Source: Polaribacter sp.
GTDB lineage: Bacteria; Bacteroidota; Bacteroidia; Flavobacteriales; Flavobacteriaceae
NCBI GenBank assembly: GCA_029250685.1
Contig: JAQXEU010000025.1
Location: 23,536-87,535 of the forward strand
DNA length: 64,000 bases
Direction of reading: 5' to 3'
Below are positions 28,586 through 38,070 of the stretch, in pieces. The position numbers and the translations under genes were made by a program. The notes under the pieces are model-generated. The model had not been told where the DNA came from. It did no database searches and saw nothing but the letters and a program-made list of their open reading frames with translations. Positions within the stretch are counted from its first letter, which is position 1. Each line of letters opens with the position of its first letter.

Positions 28586-29857
28586 TTAATTATTCAATCC
28601 TGTTTTATAAGCAGATAAAGCTCTTTCTCTGGCAAATTTATGTTCTACTATTGGTAGCGGATAAGTAAGTTCGTTTAAATCTTTCACCCAAGTATTGATG
28701 TATTTTAATTCTTTATCAAACTTTTTTATTTGCTCTGAAGGATTAAAAATTCTAAAATAAGGAGCAGAATCACAACCCGTTCCAGATGCCCATTGCCAAT
28801 TACCATTGTTTGCAGACAAATCATAATCTAATAACTTTTCAGCAAAATAAGCTTCTCCCCAACGCCAATCAATTAATAAATGCTTGCATAAAAAACCTGC
28901 TGTTATCATTCTTACTCGATTGTGCATATAACCCGTTTCATTTAACTGTCGCATCCCGGCATCAACAATCGGGTAACCCGTTTCTCCTTTACACCATTTT
29001 TGAAACTCAGCTTCGTTATTTCTCCATTCAACTTGATTGTACTTACTTTTAAAGTTTTCGGTAACAACTTTCGGAAAATGAAATAAAATCTGCATAAAAA
29101 ACTCTCTCCAAATAAGCTCACTTAAATAGGTTGCATTCGTTTTTAAAGCAATCTTTATTAGTTTTCGAGAGCTAATTAAACCAAATCGTAAATAAGGTGA
29201 AACATAAGAAGTTTGATCAATAAAAGGGAAATCTCTAATTGAATCGTATTGTTCTAAATGGTTTAAATTATATGGCTTTACTTTAATTATACTTTCTACA
29301 AATCCTATAGATTCTAAAGAAGGAAACTCCCTTTTAAATTGATAGAAGTTTGGTGAATACTTGTTTTCTGGCAATAAAATATCTTTAAACTGCAACAGCC
29401 ATTTGTTTTTATAAGGAGTAAAAACTGTGTATGGCAATCCATCATTTTTAACAATTTCAGATTCTTCAAAAACAACTTGATCTTTAAAAGAACAAACTTC
29501 AGTATTTATCGAATTTAAAAATTGTGTTATTTCTAAGTCTCTTGTTATTGCGTAAGGTTCATAGTCTTTATTGAAGAAAACTTTATCAACATTATAATCA
29601 GAAGTTAATTCTTTCCAAACCTCAATAGGTTTACCAATTTTTACAAGTAAAGATGAATTCAACTTTTTAAGTTCTGTATCAATATCTTTTAATGTCTCGT
29701 AAATAAAAGAGATTCTTGCGTCGTCTTTTTGTAAAGATTCTATAATATCAACATCAAATATAAAAAGCGGAATTACGGTTTCATTCTCTAGACTAGCCTT
29801 GAATAAAGCAACATTATCTTCTAAACGTAAATCTCTACGAAACCAAAATATGTTCAT
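28586..29857 (-). CDS. phrB: Class I CPD photolyase
   Basis: WFRRDLRLEDN, ELIWREF, TGYPIVDAGMRQL, GYMHNRVRM, ANNGNWQW, RIFNP. Confidence 0.93.
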   Translation of the reverse strand: MNIFWFRRDLRLEDNVALFKASLENETVIPLFIFDVDIIESLQKDDARISFIYETLKDIDTELKKLNSSLLVKIGKPIEVWKELTSDYNVDKVFFNKDYEPYAITRDLEITQFLNSINTEVCSFKDQVVFEESEIVKNDGLPYTVFTPYKNKWLLQFKDILLPENKYSPNFYQFKREFPSLESIGFVESIIKVKPYNLNHLEQYDSIRDFPFIDQTSYVSPYLRFGLISSRKLIKIALKTNATYLSELIWREFFMQILFHFPKVVTENFKSKYNQVEWRNNEAEFQKWCKGETGYPIVDAGMRQLNETGYMHNRVRMITAGFLCKHLLIDWRWGEAYFAEKLLDYDLSANNGNWQWASGTGCDSAPYFRIFNPSEQIKKFDKELKYINTWVKDLNELTYPLPIVEHKFARERALSAYKTGLNN

Positions 29858-30337
29858 TTATTTAAAAATAGTATCTAAAACTTCTTCTCTGTATTCAAAA
29901 ATAGATTGTAGTTGCTTTTTGATAAATAATGTTTGTGCAATTGCACCAAGAAATCCAAAAGGAATTTTATATGAAATCTTATCTTTCATTAAGGTTTTTC
30001 CGTTTGACAACTCTTCAAAAAAATGTTCGTGATGCCACATAGAATAAGGTCCAAAACGTTGTTCATCAATAAAAAATTCACGCTCTTTTACTGCCGTAAT
30101 TTCTGTAACCCAATTAGTTTTCACAAAAGGCACAGGAGAAACTTTATAAGTAATAATCTGGCCTTGATATGCTTTTTTATCAACCTTAGATGTAATATTA
30201 AAACCCATTTTTGGTGGAGTAATACTTGATAAATTTTCAGGAGACGAAAAATAATCCCACGCTGCTGCTAACGGAATGTTTAATTCTTGAGAGGCTTCTA
30301 ACGTATAAATTCCTGAATGTTTAGAGAACTTTATCAT
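29858..30337 (-). CDS. SRPBCC family protein
   Basis: W.FFSSPENL..ITP, WVTEIT, FIDEQRFGPY..W.HEH.F. Confidence 0.85.
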   Translation of the reverse strand: MIKFSKHSGIYTLEASQELNIPLAAAWDYFSSPENLSSITPPKMGFNITSKVDKKAYQGQIITYKVSPVPFVKTNWVTEITAVKEREFFIDEQRFGPYSMWHHEHFFEELSNGKTLMKDKISYKIPFGFLGAIAQTLFIKKQLQSIFEYREEVLDTIFK

Positions 30338-30882
30338 TACTTTAAATGCTTTGTTATTTTTCTACTCATTGGTTTTGTTAGAGAGAAGTAATAATCTATA
30401 AAACCTCCATTTTCATCAACCAAATACTTTTGAAAATTCCATTTTACAGAAGAATTTTTAACACCATTATTTTCTTTTTTTGTCAACCAAGAATATAATG
30501 GATGTTGGTTTTCACCTTTTACGTCAACTTTTTCGGTGATTAAAAAAGTCACACCATAATTTAATTTACAAAAGGATTGTATTTCTGTTGCAGTTCCAGG
30601 TTCTTGTCCGCCAAACTGATTTGATGGTACTCCAATTATCATTAATTTATCTTTATACAATTCGTATAACTCTTGCAAACCTTCATACTGTGGAGTAAAT
30701 CCGCATTCTGAGGCAACATTTACAAACAATATTTTTTTTCCTTTAAAATTAGCTAAATTGATTTTCTCACCAGAAATACTATTGATTTCTAACTTGTAGA
30801 ATGATTGATTCATTTCCATTTTATTCGTATTACTTATTAGATTTAGTCCTATTATTAAGAAAATTACCTGAAAGTACTTCAT
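30337..30882 (-). CDS. Glutathione peroxidase (Cys type), with signal-like N-terminus
   Basis: NVASECGFTPQY, PSNQFGGQEPG, KWNFQKYL. Confidence 0.93.
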   Translation of the reverse strand: MKYFQVIFLIIGLNLISNTNKMEMNQSFYKLEINSISGEKINLANFKGKKILFVNVASECGFTPQYEGLQELYELYKDKLMIIGVPSNQFGGQEPGTATEIQSFCKLNYGVTFLITEKVDVKGENQHPLYSWLTKKENNGVKNSSVKWNFQKYLVDENGGFIDYYFSLTKPMSRKITKHLK

Positions 30883-30886
30883 CTTA

Positions 30887-31360
30887 TTAATTGTATAAAA
30901 TTATATATCCGTTTAAACTTGATGCTATTGTTAACCAAATTAAATATGGCGCAATTAATAGTGTAAACCACTTTAATTGTTTTAGATAGTTGAATGTAAA
31001 AAAACCAACTAATAACCATAAGCTCATAATTACTACAAACCCTGTAATTGTTAAATGTTGATTAAAGAAAACGTAATTCCAACTTACATTAAGCAACCAT
31101 TGAACAACAAATACTTTTACCAAAAAATTATTTCTTTCTTCAAATTGTAAAGCAAGCTTTGTCATATAAAAAGAAAAGAAAACCATAATAGAGAACCAAG
31201 CCGCTCCAAAAACCCAACCTTCGGGTGTCCAAGGTGCTTTGTTTAAGTTATAATACCATTCTGAAGTTGATCCATCATCCATTAAAAGAAGTCCAATTCC
31301 TAATGCTCCAAAATTCGTAGCAAGAAAAAGTAGAAATAATAGGTATTTATTTTTCATCAT
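30887..31360 (-). CDS. tspO: TspO/MBR family tryptophan-rich sensory protein
   Basis: WY..LNKAPWTPEGWVFG.AW, LN..W..VFF, PYL.WL..A..LN. Confidence 0.9.
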   Translation of the reverse strand: MMKNKYLLFLLFLATNFGALGIGLLLMDDGSTSEWYYNLNKAPWTPEGWVFGAAWFSIMVFFSFYMTKLALQFEERNNFLVKVFVVQWLLNVSWNYVFFNQHLTITGFVVIMSLWLLVGFFTFNYLKQLKWFTLLIAPYLIWLTIASSLNGYIILYN

Positions 31361-32052
31361 TTTTGAAAAAGTTTAGTTGCTTTGAATTTTTCATTTAAAA
31401 ACACAACCCAAAACAACATGTTAAAAGCATAACCAATATCTTCAATAGGAATTGTAAAAAATCGAATTCCTAAATTTTCTGAATTATTATACCAAACAAC
31501 TGGTTCAGCAATAAAGCTTCCGGTTAAGATTCCGTTTACAATAAAAAACGGAATTAAAATGAGAACAAATGCTATATAAAATCTTTTGAGTATTTCTTTT
31601 CCTGATAAATACCCAACTAATAAAGTGATCATCAATAATGAATAATTAATACTCGTATACCACTTATCAAGATTAAAAAACAATGTAGTTCCAACAATAA
31701 CTAAAAAAAATATTGTGATGAAATTTACAACTTTTGTTGAAAGTAACAAATCAGGTTTAAAGTATTCAAAAGAGTAATGAATAAATATACTTGCATATGG
31801 AATACAGATGAAAAAAAGCATTTCATCTATTGGTAATCCTGCAATTTTAAAAGGCAAATGATAATCTGGATTGAAACCCCAAACTCCATTTTTAGTAAAA
31901 ATTATATCCCAAATTATAAAAAAAAATGCCACTAAAAATATTGATAAGAAAACTGTTTTCCATTGTTTAATAAACTGCATTTTTTTATTAAATGAATAGA
32001 AAAAAGGAATACTTAAAGAACCTAAGTTTAATAGTAAATATAAATACATCAA
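31357..32052 (-). CDS. crtY: Membrane-type lycopene beta-cyclase (two-repeat form)
   Basis: Hydrophobic; GLPIDEMLFF and IPIED motifs; directly follows crtZ. Confidence 0.85.
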   Translation of the reverse strand: MMYLYLLLNLGSLSIPFFYSFNKKMQFIKQWKTVFLSIFLVAFFFIIWDIIFTKNGVWGFNPDYHLPFKIAGLPIDEMLFFICIPYASIFIHYSFEYFKPDLLLSTKVVNFITIFFLVIVGTTLFFNLDKWYTSINYSLLMITLLVGYLSGKEILKRFYIAFVLILIPFFIVNGILTGSFIAEPVVWYNNSENLGIRFFTIPIEDIGYAFNMLFWVVFLNEKFKATKLFQK

Positions 32053-32498
32053 GTATTTGGCTTTTTAAAATACTTTATAGGAACAAATAACATCCCAAAA
32101 CACTCTCCATCTGGCTTACCTAAATGCTTATGATGAATTTTATGTGCTTTTCTTAGTCCCTTTAAATATCTACTATTCGTATTTCTAAACCATTTAAATC
32201 GTCTGTGAATTAACACATCATGTACTAAAAAATAAGCAATTCCATAACATAAAATTCCAAGTCCAATAAAAAACAAACTGTTTAATTCTGGTCTAATTCC
32301 GAAATAGAACAATAAAATACTTGGAAGTGCGAATACTACAAAAAAAGCATCATTTTTTTCAAACACGTTTGGGTATCCTGGTTGATGGTGGTCTTCATGC
32401 AAAAACCAACCAAAACCGTGCATAATATATTTATGCGTACACCAAGTTACACCTTCCATTATTAAAAACGTCACTAATGTTATTAAAGGAAACATCAT
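32049..32498 (-). CDS. crtZ: Beta-carotene hydroxylase
   Basis: His boxes HKYIMHG, HEDHH, HDVLIHRR, HKIHH; FEKND. Confidence 0.93.
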   Translation of the reverse strand: MMFPLITLVTFLIMEGVTWCTHKYIMHGFGWFLHEDHHQPGYPNVFEKNDAFFVVFALPSILLFYFGIRPELNSLFFIGLGILCYGIAYFLVHDVLIHRRFKWFRNTNSRYLKGLRKAHKIHHKHLGKPDGECFGMLFVPIKYFKKPNT

Positions 32499-33340
32499 TA
32501 TATTATATTTAGTTTATACTTTACAAAACTTCTAGCTAACAGGTTTATTTTCATAGGGTTAGATATTCTAATTCTAGTTTCCATAATTCTATCTGAAGGT
32601 GTGTTTTTTAATTTTTTTAGTAATTTTCTATAATATCTATAGGCAATATAAACACCAAATTTTGCTTCTGCTGGTAACTTTAAAATACCTTCTTTAAACG
32701 CAACTTCAAAATCTTCTTCAATCTCATTTATAATTTGATTTTTAGATTCATTATTTAAAGCACGTAAATCTACATTAGGAAAATAAGATCTATCTAAACC
32801 TTCAATATCATCTTTTAAATCTCTTAAAAAATTTACTTTCTGAAAAGCAGAACCTAAACGCATTGCGGCTGTTTTCAATTCTTCATATTTTTCTGAATCT
32901 CCGTTCACAAAAATCTTTAGACACATTAATCCAACAACATCAGCAGAACCATAAATATAGAAATCATATTCTTCTTTTGTTTTGTATTCTGTTTTATACA
33001 AATCAGCTTTCATGCTTTTTAAAAAAGCTTGCACTAAATCATCTGAAATTTGATATTTACGAACAGTTTGTTGAAAAGCATTTAAAATTGGATTCAAACT
33101 AATACCATCTTCTAGTGCCTCGTAGTAATCAGCTTCAAATTTATTGATTAACTTTTCTTTATCATATTCATGAAAGCTATCTACAATTTCATCCGCAAAA
33201 CGAACAAAACCATAAACATTATAGATATCATTTCTTATTTTTGGCGACAACATTTTTACTGCCAAAGAAAATGAAGTACTGTATTTTTTTGTCACAAGCT
33301 TACTACAGCTGTTAGAAACGTCATCAAATAGTACTTTCAT
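32498..33340 (-). CDS. crtB: Phytoene synthase
   Basis: YSTSFS, FVRFADEIVD, YGSADVVGLMCL, NFLRDLKDD. Confidence 0.95.
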   Translation of the reverse strand: MKVLFDDVSNSCSKLVTKKYSTSFSLAVKMLSPKIRNDIYNVYGFVRFADEIVDSFHEYDKEKLINKFEADYYEALEDGISLNPILNAFQQTVRKYQISDDLVQAFLKSMKADLYKTEYKTKEEYDFYIYGSADVVGLMCLKIFVNGDSEKYEELKTAAMRLGSAFQKVNFLRDLKDDIEGLDRSYFPNVDLRALNNESKNQIINEIEEDFEVAFKEGILKLPAEAKFGVYIAYRYYRKLLKKLKNTPSDRIMETRIRISNPMKINLLARSFVKYKLNII

Positions 33341-33341
33341 A

Positions 33342-34805
33342 TTAATTCTCTTTTATAATTAAATCTGACACAATTTTTCCTGAAATTAATGATGGCGGAA
33401 CTCCAGGTCCAGGGACAGTTAATTGCCCTGTAAAAAATAAATTCTTTACTTTTTTACTTTTAATTTTTGGTCTTAAAAATGCCGTTTGAGTTAAAATATT
33501 TGCCAAACCATAGGCATTTCCTTTATATGAATTATAATCTTTTATAAAATCATTTACACAATAAGATTTTTTAAATATAATATTTTCTTTTTCATTTTGA
33601 TCTGTTAATTTTTCTAATCTATCTAAAATCTTAGTAAAATATTCTTCTCGTAACTCCTCTGTATCATCCAAACCAGGGGCTAAAGGAATTAAAAAAGTCG
33701 CTGCTTCTTTTCCTTCCGGGGCTAAGTTATCGTCTGTAATACTGGGAAAACTTGCATAAAAAAGAGGTTTTTCTGGCCAAGATGGATTGTCATATATTGT
33801 TCTTGCATGCTCATCAAAATCAGTGTCAAAAAATAATGTATGATGAGATACATTTTTTAATTTTTTATTTAAACCTACATAAAACAGCAATGAAGATGGT
33901 GCGAAAATTTTCTTGCTCCAATATTTTTCTGAATATTGTCTATACTTTTCAGGCAATAATGTTTCTGTATGATGATAATCAGCACCACTTACTACAATAT
34001 CAGATTCTATAAAGACATCGTTTACAATTAAACCTGTTGTTTTTCCATGTTCATCAACACATATTTCTTCTACATTAGCATCGGTTTTAAAAACCACCCC
34101 TAAACTAGAAGCTAAAGTTGTCATTGCTTCTACAACTTTATACATTCCTCCTTTTGGATGCCAAGTTCCCAAACCAAAATCTGCATAATTCATAAAATTA
34201 TAAAAAGCAGGTGTATTGTCTGGCTTTGCTCCTAAAAAAAGGACAGGGAATTCTAAAATCTGAATTAACTTTTGGTTTTTAATTTTTTTACGAACTTGAG
34301 TTCTAATTGTAGAGAAAAACTGATTAACTCTTTTAATTGTTACAGGAGTTATTAACTCTAAAGGAGAAACTCCTGGTCTATAAACCAAATCCTTAATTGC
34401 TGTATTATAATTGAATTTTGCAGCATCTAAAAAATCTTTAAGGTGCTTAGAGCTACCCTTCTCTTCTTTTTCAAAAGCTTCAAAAATTTCTTTTAATTTT
34501 CCAGATATCAAGATAGACTCTTGTTCAGAAAAGTACACTTGATATGCAGGATCTAAACGATCTAACTCGTAATAATTAGAAGGTTTTTTATTAAAATCAT
34601 TAAAGAATTTTTCAAAAACATCTGGCATCCAATACCAAGTTGGACCAATGTCAAAAGTGAAACCTTCTTTTTTATATTGCCTTGCTCTTCCTCCAGTGGT
34701 TTTGTTTTTCTCGTAAACAACAACATCAAAGCCAGCCTGTGCTAAATAACAAGAAGCTGCTAATGATGAAAAACCGGAACCTATTATATGTATCTTTTTT
34801 TTCAT
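33342..34805 (-). CDS. crtI: Phytoene desaturase (start re-called at ATG 34805)
   Basis: IIGSGFSSL FAD motif, GGRAR, FDIGPTWYWMPD, GQLTVPGPGVPP. Confidence 0.95.
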   Translation of the reverse strand: MKKKIHIIGSGFSSLAASCYLAQAGFDVVVYEKNKTTGGRARQYKKEGFTFDIGPTWYWMPDVFEKFFNDFNKKPSNYYELDRLDPAYQVYFSEQESILISGKLKEIFEAFEKEEKGSSKHLKDFLDAAKFNYNTAIKDLVYRPGVSPLELITPVTIKRVNQFFSTIRTQVRKKIKNQKLIQILEFPVLFLGAKPDNTPAFYNFMNYADFGLGTWHPKGGMYKVVEAMTTLASSLGVVFKTDANVEEICVDEHGKTTGLIVNDVFIESDIVVSGADYHHTETLLPEKYRQYSEKYWSKKIFAPSSLLFYVGLNKKLKNVSHHTLFFDTDFDEHARTIYDNPSWPEKPLFYASFPSITDDNLAPEGKEAATFLIPLAPGLDDTEELREEYFTKILDRLEKLTDQNEKENIIFKKSYCVNDFIKDYNSYKGNAYGLANILTQTAFLRPKIKSKKVKNLFFTGQLTVPGPGVPPSLISGKIVSDLIIKEN

Positions 34806-34807
34806 TT

Positions 34808-34824
34808 TGTTAAACAAATGTACA
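34808..34824 (-). promoter_or_regulatory. crtI promoter -7 box (TACATTTG) overlapped by a candidate CarH/LitR operator TGTACA-N5-TTAACA
   Basis: 16/17 identical to the box at 35771-35787. Confidence 0.7.
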
Positions 34825-34859
34825 AATTAATTAAACAAAATAAATTGTTTTGTTTAACT

Positions 34860-35756
34860 TTATAAAACTTTTAACAAATCAAACAGACCATTATAAAAGG
34901 AAAAAGAACTTTTATATTTTTTTGGATTTTGATCTGATATGCGATGGCTAAAAACCCAAAGCTCATGTTCAGAGTTCTTTAGCTTATCATCAATGGTGTT
35001 TAAGTAATCATCAACAGCAGAATCTACAGGAGAAACAGTGAATGAAGTTACAAAGTTAATTTTAGAAAACATTGCCATTAAAGAATTTAAATTATCTTCT
35101 GGGATGCTTTGTCCTAAATATATCGTTTTTTTACCTCTCAATGATAATTCATAATTTAAATACATTAAACCAAGTTCATGAATTTCATTTTCTGGCAAAT
35201 ACAAAACAAAAACCTGACTATCATCTAATAGCAAATTTTGTTGAATACTCTCTGTGTTGATTTGTATTTTTTGAGAGATTAAACTTGAGATAAAGCGCTC
35301 ATGAGCAGGTGTTAATGTATTCGTTTGCCACATTAAACCTATATGATTTAAAAAAGGTATAAAAACATCTTTAAAAACATCTCTAAAGGTTTTGTTTATT
35401 AGTAATTGATTGTATGTTTGATTAAACAATGCTTGATCAAAACTAAACATTGACATTTTAAAAGAATTGATAGAGTCATCTACCAAAGAATTTTTACTCG
35501 CTAATTCTCTTGCTATTAAAACAATAGAATCTTCAGATAATTTTGCGATTTTAGAAATCTTATAATTGTACTTATTTAATAAAGAAACATTTAATAATTT
35601 TTGAAGATTCTTAGTATCGTAATACCTGATATTTCCATTTGTTCTTTCCGGAGTTAAAATTTGGTACCTTTTTTCCCAAATTCTAATGGTATGAGCTTTG
35701 ATTCCTGTAAGATTTTCCAAATCTTTAATTGTGAAATCGGTTTTAATATTGTTCAA
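34860..35756 (-). CDS. MerR-family B12-binding repressor (CarH/LitR-like); start re-called at TTG 35756
   Basis: IKDLENLTGIKAHTIRIWEKRY HTH; W-x9-ER helix bundle; EIHELG cobalamin lower-ligand motif; directly upstream of crtI. Confidence 0.9.
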   Translation of the reverse strand: MNNIKTDFTIKDLENLTGIKAHTIRIWEKRYQILTPERTNGNIRYYDTKNLQKLLNVSLLNKYNYKISKIAKLSEDSIVLIARELASKNSLVDDSINSFKMSMFSFDQALFNQTYNQLLINKTFRDVFKDVFIPFLNHIGLMWQTNTLTPAHERFISSLISQKIQINTESIQQNLLLDDSQVFVLYLPENEIHELGLMYLNYELSLRGKKTIYLGQSIPEDNLNSLMAMFSKINFVTSFTVSPVDSAVDDYLNTIDDKLKNSEHELWVFSHRISDQNPKKYKSSFSFYNGLFDLLKVL

Positions 35757-35770
35757 CTTAAAGTATTTTA

Positions 35771-35787
35771 TGTTAAACAAATATACA
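35771..35787 (-). promoter_or_regulatory. merR promoter -7 box (TATATTTG) overlapped by a candidate operator TGTATA-N5-TTAACA
   Basis: Near-identical to the crtI box; an extra TGAACA lies 21 nt further on, over the start codon. Confidence 0.7.
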
Positions 35788-35875
35788 CTTTTAAATTTAA
35801 TGCAAAATAATTCAAGAAGAATTCTGTAACATTTTCTATTTTTGAGCTACCTATATGATGAACTAACAAATTATA

Positions 35876-36370
35876 ATGCAAAAAGATTTAGAGACTAAAT
35901 TTTTACTGGATTTTGAACAAAATCAAAATATTGTTCATAAAATATGTAGAATGTACACTACAAATCAAGACGCACATAATGATTTGTTTCAAGAAGTTGT
36001 AATTCAATTGTGGAAAAACTATAGCAAGTTTAGAGGGGATTCAAAATTTAGTACATGGATGTACAGAGTTGCGCTAAACACTGCAATTTCTTTATATCGA
36101 AAGTCAACAAGAAGCATCAAAACTCAAGATATTGATGATTTTACCTACAAAATAAAATCTAGTGAGTATGATGATACTGAAGAATTACAGTTAAAAGCAC
36201 TATATAAAGCTGTGCATCAATTAAATGATATTGATAAAGCTTTAATCTATTTGTACCTAGAAGATAAACCATACAAAGAGATTTCAGAAACTTTAGGTAT
36301 TACTCAAGTGAATGCTAGAGTTAAAATGAATAGAGCAAAAGATAAATTAAAAAACATATTAAACCCATAA
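35876..36370 (+). CDS. ECF sigma factor
   Basis: DLFQEVVIQLW, SKFSTWMYRVALNTA, region 4 YKEISETLGI..VNARVKMNRAK. Confidence 0.93.
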   Translation: MQKDLETKFLLDFEQNQNIVHKICRMYTTNQDAHNDLFQEVVIQLWKNYSKFRGDSKFSTWMYRVALNTAISLYRKSTRSIKTQDIDDFTYKIKSSEYDDTEELQLKALYKAVHQLNDIDKALIYLYLEDKPYKEISETLGITQVNARVKMNRAKDKLKNILNP

Positions 36371-36373
36371 AAA

Positions 36374-37015
36374 ATGGATTTAGATACTTATAAAAAATCT
36401 TGGAAAAATCAACCAAAAGAAACTAGTACAGTTTCTAGTGTTGATATTTACAAGATGTCGCACTCAAAATCGTCATCAGTTGTTAAATGGATTTTCATTA
36501 TTGGTCTTTTAGAAGTGGCTTTTTGGGGCGGTTTAAATTTGCTTGTACCCGATGATTACATGAAGGTTTATACTGATTTTAACCTTATTAACTTCTTGAA
36601 TTACTACTTTATACTTCACTATGTTGTAATTGCGTTATTCTTGGTGTTATTTTACAAAAACTACACAAGTGTTTCAGCTGTAGAAAACACAAAAACACTA
36701 ATGAATAAAATTTTACGAGTTCGAAAAACCGTAAAATATTATGTCTATTATAATTTAGGTGGGTTTGTATTAGTAACAATTATTGTCAATTCTGTTATGT
36801 TTTCAAATCCAGAAATACTTGCAAAAACAATGAATCCAGAAAAATTAAATGTAGATATCAACACATTATTATCAGTAACTTTAATCACTCAAATTGTTGC
36901 AATATTAATTATGTTATTAATTTTATGGTTATTCTATAAAGTAACCTATGGCACTCTCTTAAAGAAATTAAATAAAAACTATATTGAATTAGATAATTTA
37001 GAACATTTAAATTAA
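36374..37015 (+). CDS. Membrane protein, putative anti-sigma factor
   Basis: 3 nt after the ECF gene; MDLDTYKKSW N-terminus and about four TM helices. Confidence 0.6.
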   Translation: MDLDTYKKSWKNQPKETSTVSSVDIYKMSHSKSSSVVKWIFIIGLLEVAFWGGLNLLVPDDYMKVYTDFNLINFLNYYFILHYVVIALFLVLFYKNYTSVSAVENTKTLMNKILRVRKTVKYYVYYNLGGFVLVTIIVNSVMFSNPEILAKTMNPEKLNVDINTLLSVTLITQIVAILIMLLILWLFYKVTYGTLLKKLNKNYIELDNLEHLN

Positions 37016-37020
37016 AACAT

Positions 37021-37045
37021 AAACTCCAGCTATAAGCTGGAGTTT
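37021..37045. terminator. Bidirectional terminator
   Basis: AAACTCCAGC-TATAA-GCTGGAGTTT. Confidence 0.8.
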
Positions 37046-37050
37046 ATGTT

Positions 37051-38070
37051 TTAAAAAGATTGTAACTCAAAAATGAGTCTATCTAGCATTTCTTCGGTAA
37101 AATCTAAATGTGTTACCATTCTTAATTTTCCATCTCCCATAGAGATAAAGTGAATATCTTTTTGAGCCATTTTAGTTACAAAATCATTTTCATCAATAGT
37201 ATCATTTGTGTAAAAGATTACAATATTAGTCTCAATTGGTTCTACCGTTTTTATAAATGAACACGATTCTAAAACTGTTCCTATTTTTTTTGCTCTTTGA
37301 TGATCTTCTGCCAACCTTTCCAAATTATTATCTAAAGCATAAATTGCTGCAGCGGCTAGAAAACCAGCTTGTCGCATTGCACCACCAAATAATTTTCTAA
37401 TTCGTAGTGCTTTTGCAATGTGCTCTTTTGATCCTAACAGAATAGATCCAACTGGCGCACCTAATCCTTTTGATAAACAGATAGAAATTGTATCAAATAA
37501 CTCTCCATATTGTTTCGGTGATTCATTTTTTGCAACCAACGCATTAAATAACCTTGCACCATCTAAATGAAATGCCAAATCTCTATCTACACAAATTTGT
37601 TTGATTTTCTTTAATTCATTAATATTCCAACAAGCACCTCCGCCTTTATTAGTTGTATTTTCTATACAAACCAAACGAGAATATGGAACGTGAATATCTG
37701 CGCGTCCAGAAACAGCATACGCTAATTGTTCTGCAGTAAACATTCCGCGTTCTCCATCAATTAAATGACTTGAAACTCCAGCATTAAATGCTGCCCCTCC
37801 ACCTTCATAATTAAAAACGTGTGCCCATTTATCACAAAACATTTTATCGCCAGGTTGTGTATGTAATTTTATTGCTGTTTGATTCGCCATTGTTCCAGAA
37901 GGAAAAAATAAGGCATCTTCTACGCCAAACATTTTGGCTGCTTTTACCTGCAATTCGTTTACTGTTGGATCTGCTTTAAAAACATCGTCACCAACTTCGG
38001 CATTCATCATTGCAGTTAACATTGCTTTTGAAGGCTTTGTAACTGTATCGCTTATTAAATCTATTCTCAT
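37051..38070 (-). CDS. ltaE: Low-specificity L-threonine aldolase
   Basis: DLISDTVTKP, GDDVF..DPT, SGTMANQ, HLDGARLFNA, CLSKGLGAPVGS. Confidence 0.93.
   Translation of the reverse strand: MRIDLISDTVTKPSKAMLTAMMNAEVGDDVFKADPTVNELQVKAAKMFGVEDALFFPSGTMANQTAIKLHTQPGDKMFCDKWAHVFNYEGGGAAFNAGVSSHLIDGERGMFTAEQLAYAVSGRADIHVPYSRLVCIENTTNKGGGACWNINELKKIKQICVDRDLAFHLDGARLFNALVAKNESPKQYGELFDTISICLSKGLGAPVGSILLGSKEHIAKALRIRKLFGGAMRQAGFLAAAAIYALDNNLERLAEDHQRAKKIGTVLESCSFIKTVEPIETNIVIFYTNDTIDENDFVTKMAQKDIHFISMGDGKLRMVTHLDFTEEMLDRLIFELQSF

Noticed and set aside
30337-30882. Selenocysteine glutathione peroxidase
   Set aside because: The active-site codon is TGC (Cys) and there is no in-frame TGA
35751-35778. 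dif-like site (TTATGTTAAAC resembles the XerD arm)
   Set aside because: The XerC arm matches poorly and the sequence is explained by the merR promoter/operator and start codon; a dif profile search would settle it
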